Assembly: GCA_035714745.1 (NCBI GenBank)
Contig: DASTLR010000014.1
Coordinates: forward strand, 30,861-94,860
DNA length: 64,000 nucleotides
Origin: Minisyncoccota bacterium
GTDB lineage: Bacteria > Patescibacteriota > Minisyncoccia > Phycocordibacterales > UBA6065
Direction: 5' to 3'
The notes beneath the pieces were generated by a model. The model saw only the letters and a list, made by a program, of their open reading frames with translations. It was not told where the DNA came from and searched no databases. Within the stretch, counting starts at the first letter, position 1. Every line of letters begins with the position of its first letter. The position numbers were made by a program, and so were the translations under genes. Below are positions 28,391 to 41,875 of the stretch, in pieces.

Positions 28391-29101
28391 ATGATCAGCA
28401 ACATCTGGAGGAAGAAGCCGGCGGCGACTGACAACCGATTGACCGACCGCGAGGTCTCATACAGGGAGATGAAGGACGGTGCCCGTAGGCGCCTGGCCAC
28501 CATTCAAAGCGAGTTCAGGCACACCTTCAAGTTCCTCAAGAGCTATCCACGCTCGATCTCGTTCTTTGGCTCGTCGCGCTTTGGCGAGACTGACCCGAAC
28601 TATATCCGCTGCAGGGCTCTGGCAAAGCGCATCGTCGAGGAGACTGGCTATGCCGTCGTCACCGGCGGCGGTCCGGGCATCATGGAGGCGGCGAACAGGG
28701 GAGCGTACGAGGCGGGAGGCAAATCGGTCGGTATGAATATCCTCTTGCCCCACGAGCAGAAGATGAACGAATACCTGACCGCCCATATCAGGTTCTATTA
28801 TTTCTTCATCCGCAAAGTGGCCCTGTCGTTCTCAGCCGAGGCGTACATATTCTTTCCGGGCGGCTTCGGCACGCTAGACGAGTTCTTCGAGATCGTCACC
28901 CTGGTGCAAACGCGCAAGATCCCCAAGGTGCCGATCGTCTGCGTGGGCAAAGAATATTGGGGCAAGGTATCGGCCTTCGTCGCCGACCTCCGCGACCAGT
29001 ACAAGACCATCAGCCCTGGAGACGAGAAGGTCTTTCACGTCATCGACAGCGACGACGAGGTCATCCAGATAGTCAAAGAGGCCAAGATGAGGAGGGAGTA
29101 G
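28391..29101 (+). CDS. LOG-family nucleotide monophosphate nucleosidase
   Basis: TGGGPGIMEAANRGA, RK, FPGGFGTLDE. Confidence 0.93.
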   Translation: MISNIWRKKPAATDNRLTDREVSYREMKDGARRRLATIQSEFRHTFKFLKSYPRSISFFGSSRFGETDPNYIRCRALAKRIVEETGYAVVTGGGPGIMEAANRGAYEAGGKSVGMNILLPHEQKMNEYLTAHIRFYYFFIRKVALSFSAEAYIFFPGGFGTLDEFFEIVTLVQTRKIPKVPIVCVGKEYWGKVSAFVADLRDQYKTISPGDEKVFHVIDSDDEVIQIVKEAKMRRE

Positions 29102-29155
29102 TGAAAAGAAAAAAACCGCCGGGCGTCGGGAGGGCGCGGGCGGTTTTGTGCGTTT

Positions 29156-30929
<1,774 letters not shown>

Positions 30930-31097
30930 CCACATCTATCCACTGGTTATCCCCGTGATATCCCCGAAAGAGGGCTTGTTCAGCTAGTCCAAGCTTTACT
31001 TTTTTATCAGAAACGAGTAGAATATGCCCAGAGCGTTAGTAGCTCCTTCAATTTCCAGCTGAAACTTGTCACATAAACAGTAACAAGCAACAGCCTA

Positions 31098-31196
31098 ATG
31101 AAAACGCACACAAACGAAAGTGGAAGAAGGTCGCCGCTCACGATCGGGCCCCGCCCGCCAGTGATTGGTCCTCGCCCTCCCTCGCCGCTCGCCTGA
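31098..31196 (+). CDS. putative 32-aa proline-rich leader peptide
   Basis: MKTHTNESGRRSPLTIGPRPPVIGPRPPSPLA*; promoter TTTACT-N17-TAGAAT at 30995-31023. Confidence 0.35.
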   Translation: MKTHTNESGRRSPLTIGPRPPVIGPRPPSPLA

Positions 31197-31281
31197 GCAG
31201 CCTGGTCGGCAGACCGGTGTGTTGCACAAGTCTTCGTTCCGCCATTCGGCGGAGCAGGTTCGGACGCTAGTCCATGGATAT

Positions 31282-31779
31282 ATGCCCACCTTACACGATG
31301 TTGGTCCAATTTACGTAAGGCGGGAGGGTCCCGGCACATATATTCACTACCTATAGACTTGGCCCCCATGCCATCTTCGTTTCCGTTTTCAAGGGTCCGA
31401 TCCGTTCGGGCCCTTTTTGCTTCGTGAAAAGCGGAGAACATGGGCCGTCGTGGGTTCGTACTATCCAGGCATACCCCTTTATCGAACTGAACATACCATT
31501 CAACACACAGGACTCATGGACAGATTTTGGGTATTTTATGCAGGACAGCTCACATGCGAGCCTGTCTATACCAATCAGCACTATTCGGAAGAGGTGAGAT
31601 TCGCGGGGCATGGCCGTCAGGCATATATCTTTCGAGAGAATCGCGACATTACCCTTATCTTTGACGAGGAGAGCCAGGTATTCCATTCCCCGACTATCGA
31701 CCTGAGAAGGTATGAAGGCCTGATCAGAAAGAGGAAAGAGGAATTCAAGCAGCCGCATGATTGCTCCGCCGTCGCCTGA
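31282..31779 (+). pseudogene. hypothetical ORF interrupted by one in-frame TAG
   Basis: ORFs 31165-31356 and 31417-31779 share a frame, separated only by TAG 31354-31356; terminator follows. Confidence 0.4.
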
Positions 31780-31832
31780 CGTGTGGAGAACCCAGCCTTG
31801 GCAAACCCAAGGCTTTTTTGTATGATATGGGC

Positions 31833-31976
31833 ATGTCGATGTATTGCACCAAGTTTAATCACATCAAGCGCGTCCTCTGGACTACGGTTCAAAGGCTCAG
31901 TTGTGATTTGGTGCGATAATCCCTACTCTTCTCCGCACGAAAGCAGAACCGAGCCCTCGAACGAAGGCTCGGTTTT
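31833..31976 (+). ncRNA. stand-alone structured small transcript (sRNA or 28-aa ORF 31833-31919)
   Basis: TTGGCA-N17-TATGAT promoter; stems TATTGCACCA/TGGTGCGATA and AATCACA/TGTGATT; terminator at 31945-31976. Confidence 0.5.
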
Positions 31977-32066
31977 CTAAACGGAACAGTTCTTTCAACG
32001 GCTAACGACTTTCCGGATCGCTTCCGTTGCGGAAGCGTCCGTCATGCCAACGACTGAAACCTAGAT

Positions 32067-32420
32067 ATGCCCGATATGCCTACCGTATACCGCGACAAGA
32101 CATGCACGGAAGCCATCGAAAAGCCCGAGTTCGGCCGCCACGGATTCCTGAAAGGGGATTCAGGTGAAGCCGAACTCGTCATCTACGACAAGGGAGGCCT
32201 CGAGAGAGCGCCTCGCGAGGACGGCAGCGCCTTCTCGACCAATCCAGCCGGCTGGGTCAGCCCTGCGGAATTCAAACGCCGCAAACTGGCCCGCGCCCGC
32301 GCCTGGAAGAAGTCGCATGAAGGGCAGAGGGATTACTTGATACGGCACTTCCCGGTGCTCTTCAGATCCCAGGAGCGGTATAGCTATCTGGATTGCTACG
32401 GCGGCTGGTCATCGCCGTAG
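32067..32420 (+). CDS. hypothetical protein
   Basis: 117-aa ORF followed by a hairpin and T-run. Confidence 0.55.
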   Translation: MPDMPTVYRDKTCTEAIEKPEFGRHGFLKGDSGEAELVIYDKGGLERAPREDGSAFSTNPAGWVSPAEFKRRKLARARAWKKSHEGQRDYLIRHFPVLFRSQERYSYLDCYGGWSSP

Positions 32421-32487
32421 AATCCGCGCGCCCCGCCGGTATGTAACGTACCGCGGGGCTTTTTCTTGCATGGGATATACTTGGAGC

Positions 32488-32802
32488 ATGCCAATTAAGA
32501 ACGTTCCGGAAAAAGGTTTCTATTATCATTACAAGCATGACGATGGCAAGGATGTCTGCAATTATTCCTATGAAGTCATGGGGACTGCCCTCCATACGGA
32601 AGACCGCACATATACGGTGATCTATCGGCCGCTCTATGTGAATAGATTCCTCGACGGCGCCGATTTCTGCTCGCGTCCCTATGACATGTTCATGGGCGAC
32701 GTCGACCTGGGCAACGGTCCGGTGCCGCGCTTCAGGAAGATAGAAGACCCGAACGCGATCGCTCGTTTGAAAGAGATCAGCAAGGAGATGTATGGCGCAT
32801 AA
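32488..32802 (+). CDS. DUF1653-like protein
   Basis: YYHYK...YEV.G.ALHTE...VIYRPLY...RPYDMF...PRF pattern. Confidence 0.85.
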   Translation: MPIKNVPEKGFYYHYKHDDGKDVCNYSYEVMGTALHTEDRTYTVIYRPLYVNRFLDGADFCSRPYDMFMGDVDLGNGPVPRFRKIEDPNAIARLKEISKEMYGA

Positions 32803-32846
32803 AAAAGCCTCCCTTGGGAGGGAGGCTTGAACTAGGACACTACGGC

Positions 32847-33914
32847 TTAGCCGGTGACCGTGACAGGGAACATGTCCCGCAGCATTTTCAGCTGAGCGAC
32901 CGCCTTGGCGTGGTCCTCGGTATTGCCGCAGAGCGCGTTGATGTCGGTCATCTCAGCCTTGACCTGGCGCTTGCGTTCCAAGAGCGCGTCGATCTGGCCT
33001 TTCAGGGTAGTGATCTGGAGGTCGATCTCGGCTTCTTCGGTCTGCAAGGCGCGTCCTTTTTCGACCAAGCTGTCGCGCGCGGCGATCTTGTTGGCCAGGG
33101 TCAGCATCCGTTCCCGGATCGCTTCTGCCGACGGGATGTCCAAGGAAGCGCTGCCCGTCGGCGCCGCGAGCGACGCTGGAACCGCTGGGGCCGGCTGCAC
33201 GGGAGGCTGAGCCGCTTGGTGGGCGATCTGCGGGGCAGACGGCTTTAGGCGGTAGCGATCGCTCTCGCCGTCGAAGTCCAGCATTCCGTGCATCGTAAGG
33301 CTGCGGAGGAACTGGCCGATGCTGCGATTGTTTGCCTTTGGCTCGAGCTTGCGGCAGACGTCGCGCGCTTCATCCCTGCTCATCCAGTCGCCGCCTTTCT
33401 CGATCTTGAAGGCCTCGAGGGTCGAGGCCATGAGCGTCCTGTCGGACGTCCATTCCAGGAAGTAGGAGCGCGAGGCCTCCGCTTCTTGGTCCGGCTGAGG
33501 GGCATTGGCGCCGGCGCTCTTGGTCGGGAACGGAGTCACCTTTGACCCTTCCTCGTCGAGCAGGCAGGTGCCGGTCGGGAAGGCGGCGATGAGCTCGTCA
33601 TACAGCCTTTGCGGGCGGAGCCCCTCCGGGCCTGCTGACGTCAGGAAGCACTTGAAGTGGGAGTCGTTGCTCGTCGAGTGTCGAACGTCGACCAGGACGC
33701 CGGACACTGTGAAGTTGATGATCCTGACCATGGGCGCTTGGCCGCCTCCCGAATGGACTTGGCTTTGGATGAAGACATTGTATTCTCCGCCGAAGCCGCC
33801 GCGCGACAGCATCGTCTTCACGGCTTTCACCACAGGATGAGTCGGCGTGTCCTTGCAGGTAACGGCGAGCGAGCTCGCTTTGGCGCTAGCATGTTTGGTC
33901 GGTTGGGGTAGCAT
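32847..33914 (-). CDS. hypothetical protein with possible winged-helix region and C-terminal coiled coil
   Basis: SIGQFLRSLTMHGMLDFDGESDRYRL wing-like segment, Pro/Ala linker, heptads. Confidence 0.6.
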   Translation of the reverse strand: MLPQPTKHASAKASSLAVTCKDTPTHPVVKAVKTMLSRGGFGGEYNVFIQSQVHSGGGQAPMVRIINFTVSGVLVDVRHSTSNDSHFKCFLTSAGPEGLRPQRLYDELIAAFPTGTCLLDEEGSKVTPFPTKSAGANAPQPDQEAEASRSYFLEWTSDRTLMASTLEAFKIEKGGDWMSRDEARDVCRKLEPKANNRSIGQFLRSLTMHGMLDFDGESDRYRLKPSAPQIAHQAAQPPVQPAPAVPASLAAPTGSASLDIPSAEAIRERMLTLANKIAARDSLVEKGRALQTEEAEIDLQITTLKGQIDALLERKRQVKAEMTDINALCGNTEDHAKAVAQLKMLRDMFPVTVTG

Positions 33915-34008
33915 ATGCGTATGTGTGTTTGAGGGTGCGGGTTTGACTGAATCTGGACTGAACACTACCATATTTATATATATTGTCAAATGTGCTATGA
34001 TTGTGCCC

Positions 34009-36105
34009 ATGGCAAGCCTATCAAAGAGCCCATTCAAGCTCGAGACCAAATATCAGCCGGCCGGGGACCAGCCCCAGGCCATCAAGGCGCTCGTCGAGAG
34101 CGTCCGGAAAGGCGCGCGCCACCAGACCCTCCTCGGCGTGACCGGCTCGGGCAAGACCTACGCCGCCGCGAACGTCATCCAGGAGATCGGCAAGCCCACC
34201 CTGGTCATCGCCCACAACAAGACCCTGGCCGCCCAGCTGGCCCAGGAGTACCGCGAGTTCTTCCCGCATAACGCCGTGCACTACTTCGTCTCGTACTACG
34301 ACTTCTACCAGCCCGAGGCCTATATGCCGGTGACCGACACCTATATCGAGAAGGAGGCCATGATCAACGAGGAGATCGAGCGCCTGCGCCACGCCTCGAC
34401 CCAGGCCCTGCTGACGCGCAAGGACGTCATCATCGTGGCCTCGGTCTCGTGCATCTACGGCCTGGGCTCGCCCGAGAACTACGAGAAGGTCAACATGAAG
34501 GTGGCCAAGGGCGCCAAGGCCGACCGGGCCGAGATGATCCGCCGCATGGTCGGCATCCATTTCGAGCGCACCAACGCCGACCTGGCCCCGGGCCAGTTCC
34601 GCGCCGTGGGGAATATGATCGAGGTCATGCCGGTGAACGAGAAGGCCGTCTACCGCATCGCCTTCGAGGGCGACTCCGTCTCGCATATCGACCTCATCGA
34701 CGCCGTGACCCGCCGCATCGTCCGCGAGCTGGACGTCTTCTACCTCTTCCCGGCCAAGCACTTCATCACCGACAAGGACCAGGTCGAGCGGGCCTTCCAG
34801 TCCATCAAGGCCGAGCTGGACCAGCGCCTCGAGGAGCTGAAGAAATCCGGCAAGAACCTGGAGGCAGAGCGCCTGAAGCGCCGCACCGCCTACGACCTGG
34901 CCATGATCCGCGAGGTCGGCTACTGCAACGGCATCGAGAACTACTCGCGCCACTTCAGCGGCAAGCTGCCGGGCGAGCCGCCTGACAGCCTGCTTTCGTA
35001 TTTCCCGCACAAGGCCGACGGCACGCCTGATTTCCTGACCGTCATCGACGAGTCGCACGTCACCATACCGCAGCTCCGCGGCATGTTCGCCGGCGACCAG
35101 AGCCGCAAGGACACCCTGGTCGAGCATGGCTTCCGCCTGCCCTCGGCAAAGGACAACCGCCCGCTCCGCTTCGAGGAGTTCGAGGAGCGCGTCGGGCCCG
35201 CGGTCTACACCTCGGCCACGCCGGGCGATTTCGAGCGCGAGCATTCTGCCGTCATCGCCGAGCAGGTCATCAGGCCGACCGGGCTCCTGGACCCTATCGT
35301 CGACATCAAGCCGGTGACGGAGAAGGGGGCATACAAGGGCCAGATCTTCGACTCCATCGAAGAGGCGGAGAAGGTCATCGCCAAGGGCTTTCGCGTCATC
35401 CTCACCACTCTGACCAAAAAGATGGCAGAGGACCTCGTCGACTATCTAAAGGAGCGTCGGGTCAAGGCCGAATACCTCCACAGCGACATAAAGACCATCG
35501 ACCGCATCGAGATCCTCACCGAGTTCCGCCGCGGGAAATTCGACGTGCTGGTGGGCGTCAACCTCCTGCGAGAGGGCCTGGACCTGCCCGAGGTCGCCCT
35601 CATCGGCATCCTGGACGCCGACAAGGAGGGCTTCCTGCGCTCCGAGACGTCCCTCATCCAGATCATCGGCCGCGCCGCCCGAAACGCCGAGGGCCGCGTC
35701 ATCGTCTACGCCGACCAGGTCACCGGCTCCATCGAGCGCGCCGTGCGCGAGACCGCCCGCCGCCGCGCCCTCCAGGAGGCCTATAACAGAAAGCACGGTA
35801 TCACGCCGCAGACCATCATCAAGGCAATCAAGTCGATCGCCGACCAGCTCCAGTCCGAGCACCAGAAGGCCGTCAAGGAGCAGATGAAGATCGACGAGGA
35901 GCTCTTCGCCAAAGATCCAAAGGGCTTGATCAAGAAGAAGGAGGCCGAGATGAACGAGGCGGTGAAGATCCTGGATTTCGAAAGCGCGGCACTGCTGCGC
36001 GACGAGATAGAGGAGCTCTACGAGAAGCTCGAGAAGGTAGAAGAGGGAAAGAAGCCGAAGAAAGAAGAGAAGGGAAGGAAGTTGAGTGGGAAGGAGAAAG
36101 AGTAA
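34009..36105 (+). CDS. uvrB: excinuclease ABC subunit B
   Basis: [47 protein letters not shown] tail. Confidence 0.99.
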   Translation: MASLSKSPFKLETKYQPAGDQPQAIKALVESVRKGARHQTLLGVTGSGKTYAAANVIQEIGKPTLVIAHNKTLAAQLAQEYREFFPHNAVHYFVSYYDFYQPEAYMPVTDTYIEKEAMINEEIERLRHASTQALLTRKDVIIVASVSCIYGLGSPENYEKVNMKVAKGAKADRAEMIRRMVGIHFERTNADLAPGQFRAVGNMIEVMPVNEKAVYRIAFEGDSVSHIDLIDAVTRRIVRELDVFYLFPAKHFITDKDQVERAFQSIKAELDQRLEELKKSGKNLEAERLKRRTAYDLAMIREVGYCNGIENYSRHFSGKLPGEPPDSLLSYFPHKADGTPDFLTVIDESHVTIPQLRGMFAGDQSRKDTLVEHGFRLPSAKDNRPLRFEEFEERVGPAVYTSATPGDFEREHSAVIAEQVIRPTGLLDPIVDIKPVTEKGAYKGQIFDSIEEAEKVIAKGFRVILTTLTKKMAEDLVDYLKERRVKAEYLHSDIKTIDRIEILTEFRRGKFDVLVGVNLLREGLDLPEVALIGILDADKEGFLRSETSLIQIIGRAARNAEGRVIVYADQVTGSIERAVRETARRRALQEAYNRKHGITPQTIIKAIKSIADQLQSEHQKAVKEQMKIDEELFAKDPKGLIKKKEAEMNEAVKILDFESAALLRDEIEELYEKLEKVEEGKKPKKEEKGRKLSGKEKE

Positions 36106-36124
36106 AGAATTTATTTACTATTAT

Positions 36125-37003
36125 ATGAACGACAAAGATATTAAAGAAAAAGCAATCTTCGTTGTTGGCTTACTGGCCGCTTTCTTAGCTTTTAGTGCTT
36201 TTAAGGAAGAACTCTCGAAAATAAGTCTGATTATCTTTGGTAGTAATTTTTCACTACTGGGGATAATGATTTTCTTTGCAATCTTACTTTCGATTTCTGT
36301 CTATTTATATGCGCTCGATTATTTACGATATAGTTTGGGTAAGTATCAAAATTTTTTCATACTTCGTTGGATAATTCCTCTAGGAAACTTCTTCTTTTCT
36401 TTAGCAATTCTGTCTCCAATATTAGTTTTGGTTGCATGGATATTTGGTTCAAAAGAAGTAATTGATTTTGCAGAAAGTCACGCTCAATTCGCTAAGAATT
36501 TGGATGTGATTTTGGGATTAGTCCTAGTAGTATTTAGTATTTTCAATGCATACAAGTTAACAAAGGAGACAAAGCGAACAATTGTTAAGTCTTTTGAGAC
36601 AGTTAGAAGTTTGTATCTACAAAGAGCATTAAAGCTTTTTGAAAACAAGTTTTATACAGAAACCGTAATTGAGGTCTATAAAACACTCGAACAGTTTTTG
36701 AAGGAAAGGATATTTGAAGACAAGGGCCTAACAACCAAGAACTCAGGCATGAGAGAACTTATGGATTTAGTAATCAAAAATAAAGTAATTGATAAAAAAT
36801 ATATTCCACTGATTGAAGATTTAAGAGGTCTTAGAAATAAGGCTGCACACTCTTTAAACCCTGCTTCAAAAGAAGATGCTCAGTTTGCTCTAAATTTAGT
36901 AAAGGAACTTCTTGAAAGCGACGCAGCCCGCTTTGATCTTTATAGCGATGAGGCAGGAGATGAGTGGATTCAAAATCAAATTGATCAAGATAGCGGTAAG
37001 TAG
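36125..37003 (+). CDS. 4-TM membrane protein with C-terminal HEPN-like domain
   Basis: Four hydrophobic helices, then helical domain with DLRGLRNKAAHS (R-x4-H). Confidence 0.75.
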   Translation: MNDKDIKEKAIFVVGLLAAFLAFSAFKEELSKISLIIFGSNFSLLGIMIFFAILLSISVYLYALDYLRYSLGKYQNFFILRWIIPLGNFFFSLAILSPILVLVAWIFGSKEVIDFAESHAQFAKNLDVILGLVLVVFSIFNAYKLTKETKRTIVKSFETVRSLYLQRALKLFENKFYTETVIEVYKTLEQFLKERIFEDKGLTTKNSGMRELMDLVIKNKVIDKKYIPLIEDLRGLRNKAAHSLNPASKEDAQFALNLVKELLESDAARFDLYSDEAGDEWIQNQIDQDSGK

Positions 37004-37010
37004 TTTATAT

Positions 37011-37706
37011 ATGAAAAGCACTAGAAAGCTTTTATGGACTGCATATCTGAATACAAATGAGTGTGACAAACATCGTGAGCTGAAATACTTAAACGTAGGA
37101 GTTCTTTCAAATACTATTGAAATAGTAATTAAACCAAAAACAAGTTATATACTTTTTTCACTACCAGAATCACTCTCTATTGACGACAAGATTTATATCA
37201 TCTGTCTAACAGATATAGTTGAGCAACTTATTCAAATTTTAGCCTGGAGGTATGACATATCGTTATCTTTAAATAGAATTGTTAAGGGGAATCCTAGGGG
37301 AATTAAAGTTCTCTGCTCCGCTATAAAAAGCGACAAGAGATTTACGGCAATATTCCCTTACAATTTAACAGAGAGAAATCAACAGTTACTTGAGGCGTAT
37401 AGTGAAATAACAAATGAAGCTAATAGGGCCTTTAAATTTTTAATGTGCTATAGACTAATTGAGGTTTTATCTGCGGAGTTTAATGAAAAAACAGACAATT
37501 TAATTAAAAAAATTTTTCCGGAAATTAAACTAGTTGAAGATAAAAGGAATCCGAAATTTAAAAGAACTATAATTACGCATATTAGAAACAAAATTCACGC
37601 AACAGATAACAGATATACTTTTCCGCGAAGTGATTTTAATAGAATAATCGAGACCACAAAACCTGTTTTGAGGTCTCTTATTCAAAGAAAATTTGCTAAT
37701 GCTTAA
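37011..37706 (+). CDS. HEPN-like (ApeA/MauJ-type architecture) protein
   Basis: LLEAYSE...FKFLMCYRLIE helix pattern followed by IRNKIHA. Confidence 0.6.
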   Translation: MKSTRKLLWTAYLNTNECDKHRELKYLNVGVLSNTIEIVIKPKTSYILFSLPESLSIDDKIYIICLTDIVEQLIQILAWRYDISLSLNRIVKGNPRGIKVLCSAIKSDKRFTAIFPYNLTERNQQLLEAYSEITNEANRAFKFLMCYRLIEVLSAEFNEKTDNLIKKIFPEIKLVEDKRNPKFKRTIITHIRNKIHATDNRYTFPRSDFNRIIETTKPVLRSLIQRKFANA

Positions 37707-37711
37707 ATATC

Positions 37712-37996
37712 TTATTGATATTTGTTAAGCCATTTCCAAGCATCCATAGGAAGCCATCCATAGTATGTCTTTGGATTTATTTCCACCAGGAGAAAATGGA
37801 GATCACCTGAACATTTTATGATTTGGTTGTATAGACTTATCACATCCAATGGTGAAACTAAAATGTATGTGGAATGTAGATAATGCCACCAATCTTTGAC
37901 TACGTTTGGGTATAAACCGACTAGATTACTATGGAGAATTACATAGTTGTAGTCTGTTCTATTTGTATCGAATGTTAGTATATAAAATTTATTCAT
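37712..37996 (-). CDS. small ferredoxin/Cas2-like-fold protein
   Basis: YILTFD...WWHYLHSTYIL...FLLVEI...YYGWLP..AWKWL pattern. Confidence 0.65.
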   Translation of the reverse strand: MNKFYILTFDTNRTDYNYVILHSNLVGLYPNVVKDWWHYLHSTYILVSPLDVISLYNQIIKCSGDLHFLLVEINPKTYYGWLPMDAWKWLNKYQ

Positions 37997-38369
37997 GAGG
38001 GTTTTCGGGAGTATTTAAAAGAAGTGGATTGGCGATACCTGCAAGTAGTTCGGCGTTTTTGTCTAAGGTATGGTCTTTATCGCCCAAAGCATCAATGAAA
38101 TGTTTTTTAATCTGAAACTCTTCAGATCTTAAGTACTCAGGCTTTGTAAGCATAAAGTACAAGTAAGCAACTATAGATAAAATAACCGGGATAAGCCCAA
38201 TTGCCAGAAAAACTATTTTTAACCAAAGTTCAATGCAAAAAATAGCCGCTCCAAAACTTGGCACAGATATCAAACCACAAAGCCAAAGAGCAGCATTAAC
38301 AGCGCTTTTAACACTTACTTTATTTATTGCACCCGAGGCTTTGAAGACGAAACCCTCAGCCATATTCAT
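37989..38369 (-). CDS. 2-TM membrane protein
   Basis: Two hydrophobic helices then PEYLRSEEFQ; 8-nt overlap with the downstream gene. Confidence 0.7.
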   Translation of the reverse strand: MNMAEGFVFKASGAINKVSVKSAVNAALWLCGLISVPSFGAAIFCIELWLKIVFLAIGLIPVILSIVAYLYFMLTKPEYLRSEEFQIKKHFIDALGDKDHTLDKNAELLAGIANPLLLNTPENPHE

Positions 38370-38507
38370 TAAAGAATATCATCAAGGTCCTGCAAAGACC
38401 ACTAAAATTATTACTTTTATGTTCCATAGGTTCGCCAAACAATACTTCAATATGTTAAACTCCCTCATACCGACCCCTAGCCCCCATGCTCGGGCGTCGT
38501 GCCGTAT

Positions 38508-41147
<2,640 letters not shown>

Positions 41148-41150
41148 ATA

Positions 41151-41176
41151 AAAAAGCCCGACACTATGTCGGGCTT
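41151..41176. terminator. terminator between convergent genes
   Basis: AAGCCCGACA/TGTCGGGCTT inverted repeat. Confidence 0.75.
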
Positions 41177-41769
41177 CGGGAGAGATACCAATCGGGGTTT
41201 TCTTGATCCACGAGATCGCGGCAGAAAAGCGACCTGTGGGCGAAGAAGAGATCCATGTAAGAGGGTTCTTCTCCGGGGCGGACGATGTCTTCGATCCCCA
41301 TCACTTTTGCCCTGAGCCTGGATTCGTTGACTTCTTCGCCGTAGTGGCGCAGGCACCGGGAACAGATCTCTTTGATCTCGTGCGGGGCGTCCTGCCACGT
41401 CCGGATGCCGCTCTCGCAGATCGACCGGACGACCCCTGTAGTGGTCCCTAGTCTATCCTGGAAGACATCTTCGGCCCTGCCGGACAGTCCCTTGACGATG
41501 GAGACGAAAAGAAGGGCAGTGCACGACAGGAGGATCAGGACCAGTAGGGCGGGGGTGAGCTTGCCGTCGGAGCCGGTGAGCAACGCGGCCGACGCGAGCC
41601 CGGCGAGCATGATGACCATCAAGCATTTGATGCCGGCTCTCCGGAAGCGCAGCTGGCCGTAGGCGATCCCGGCCTTCTTTTCGATGGCCTGGCGGATCTC
41701 CGGCCGGAGCAGTTTCCAGAGGTCCTCGGGAGAGGTCTTGACGCGGAGGTAATCGTGGTCGAGGTTCAT
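41164..41769 (-). CDS. 2-TM membrane protein
   Basis: Two hydrophobic segments in a 201-aa ORF. Confidence 0.65.
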   Translation of the reverse strand: MNLDHDYLRVKTSPEDLWKLLRPEIRQAIEKKAGIAYGQLRFRRAGIKCLMVIMLAGLASAALLTGSDGKLTPALLVLILLSCTALLFVSIVKGLSGRAEDVFQDRLGTTTGVVRSICESGIRTWQDAPHEIKEICSRCLRHYGEEVNESRLRAKVMGIEDIVRPGEEPSYMDLFFAHRSLFCRDLVDQENPDWYLSRSPT

Positions 41770-41875
41770 GGGTTACAAGGTTTCTTTCGAAACCCTACCC
41801 AATAAGTCGTCCGAGCGCAAGCGGCTTGTCTGGCGTTGAAACATTCAAGCGCCGCAGTAAGTAATAAAGGTACAT

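Larger units (their letters stand above)
36106..38480. other. AT-rich horizontally acquired island between uvrB and uvrA
   Basis: Abrupt switch to A/T-rich sequence and codons directly after the uvrB stop; no integrase seen. Confidence 0.85.

Noticed and set aside
33965-33995. SOS box upstream of uvrB
   Set aside because: AT-alternating tract lacks CTG-N10-CAG or GAAC-N4-GTTC ends
37712-37996. CRISPR-Cas locus
   Set aside because: No repeat-spacer array, cas1 or effector genes anywhere in the window
36106-38480. Prophage, IS or integron as the island's vehicle
   Set aside because: No integrase or transposase, and no terminal or target-site repeats or attC sites that I could identify
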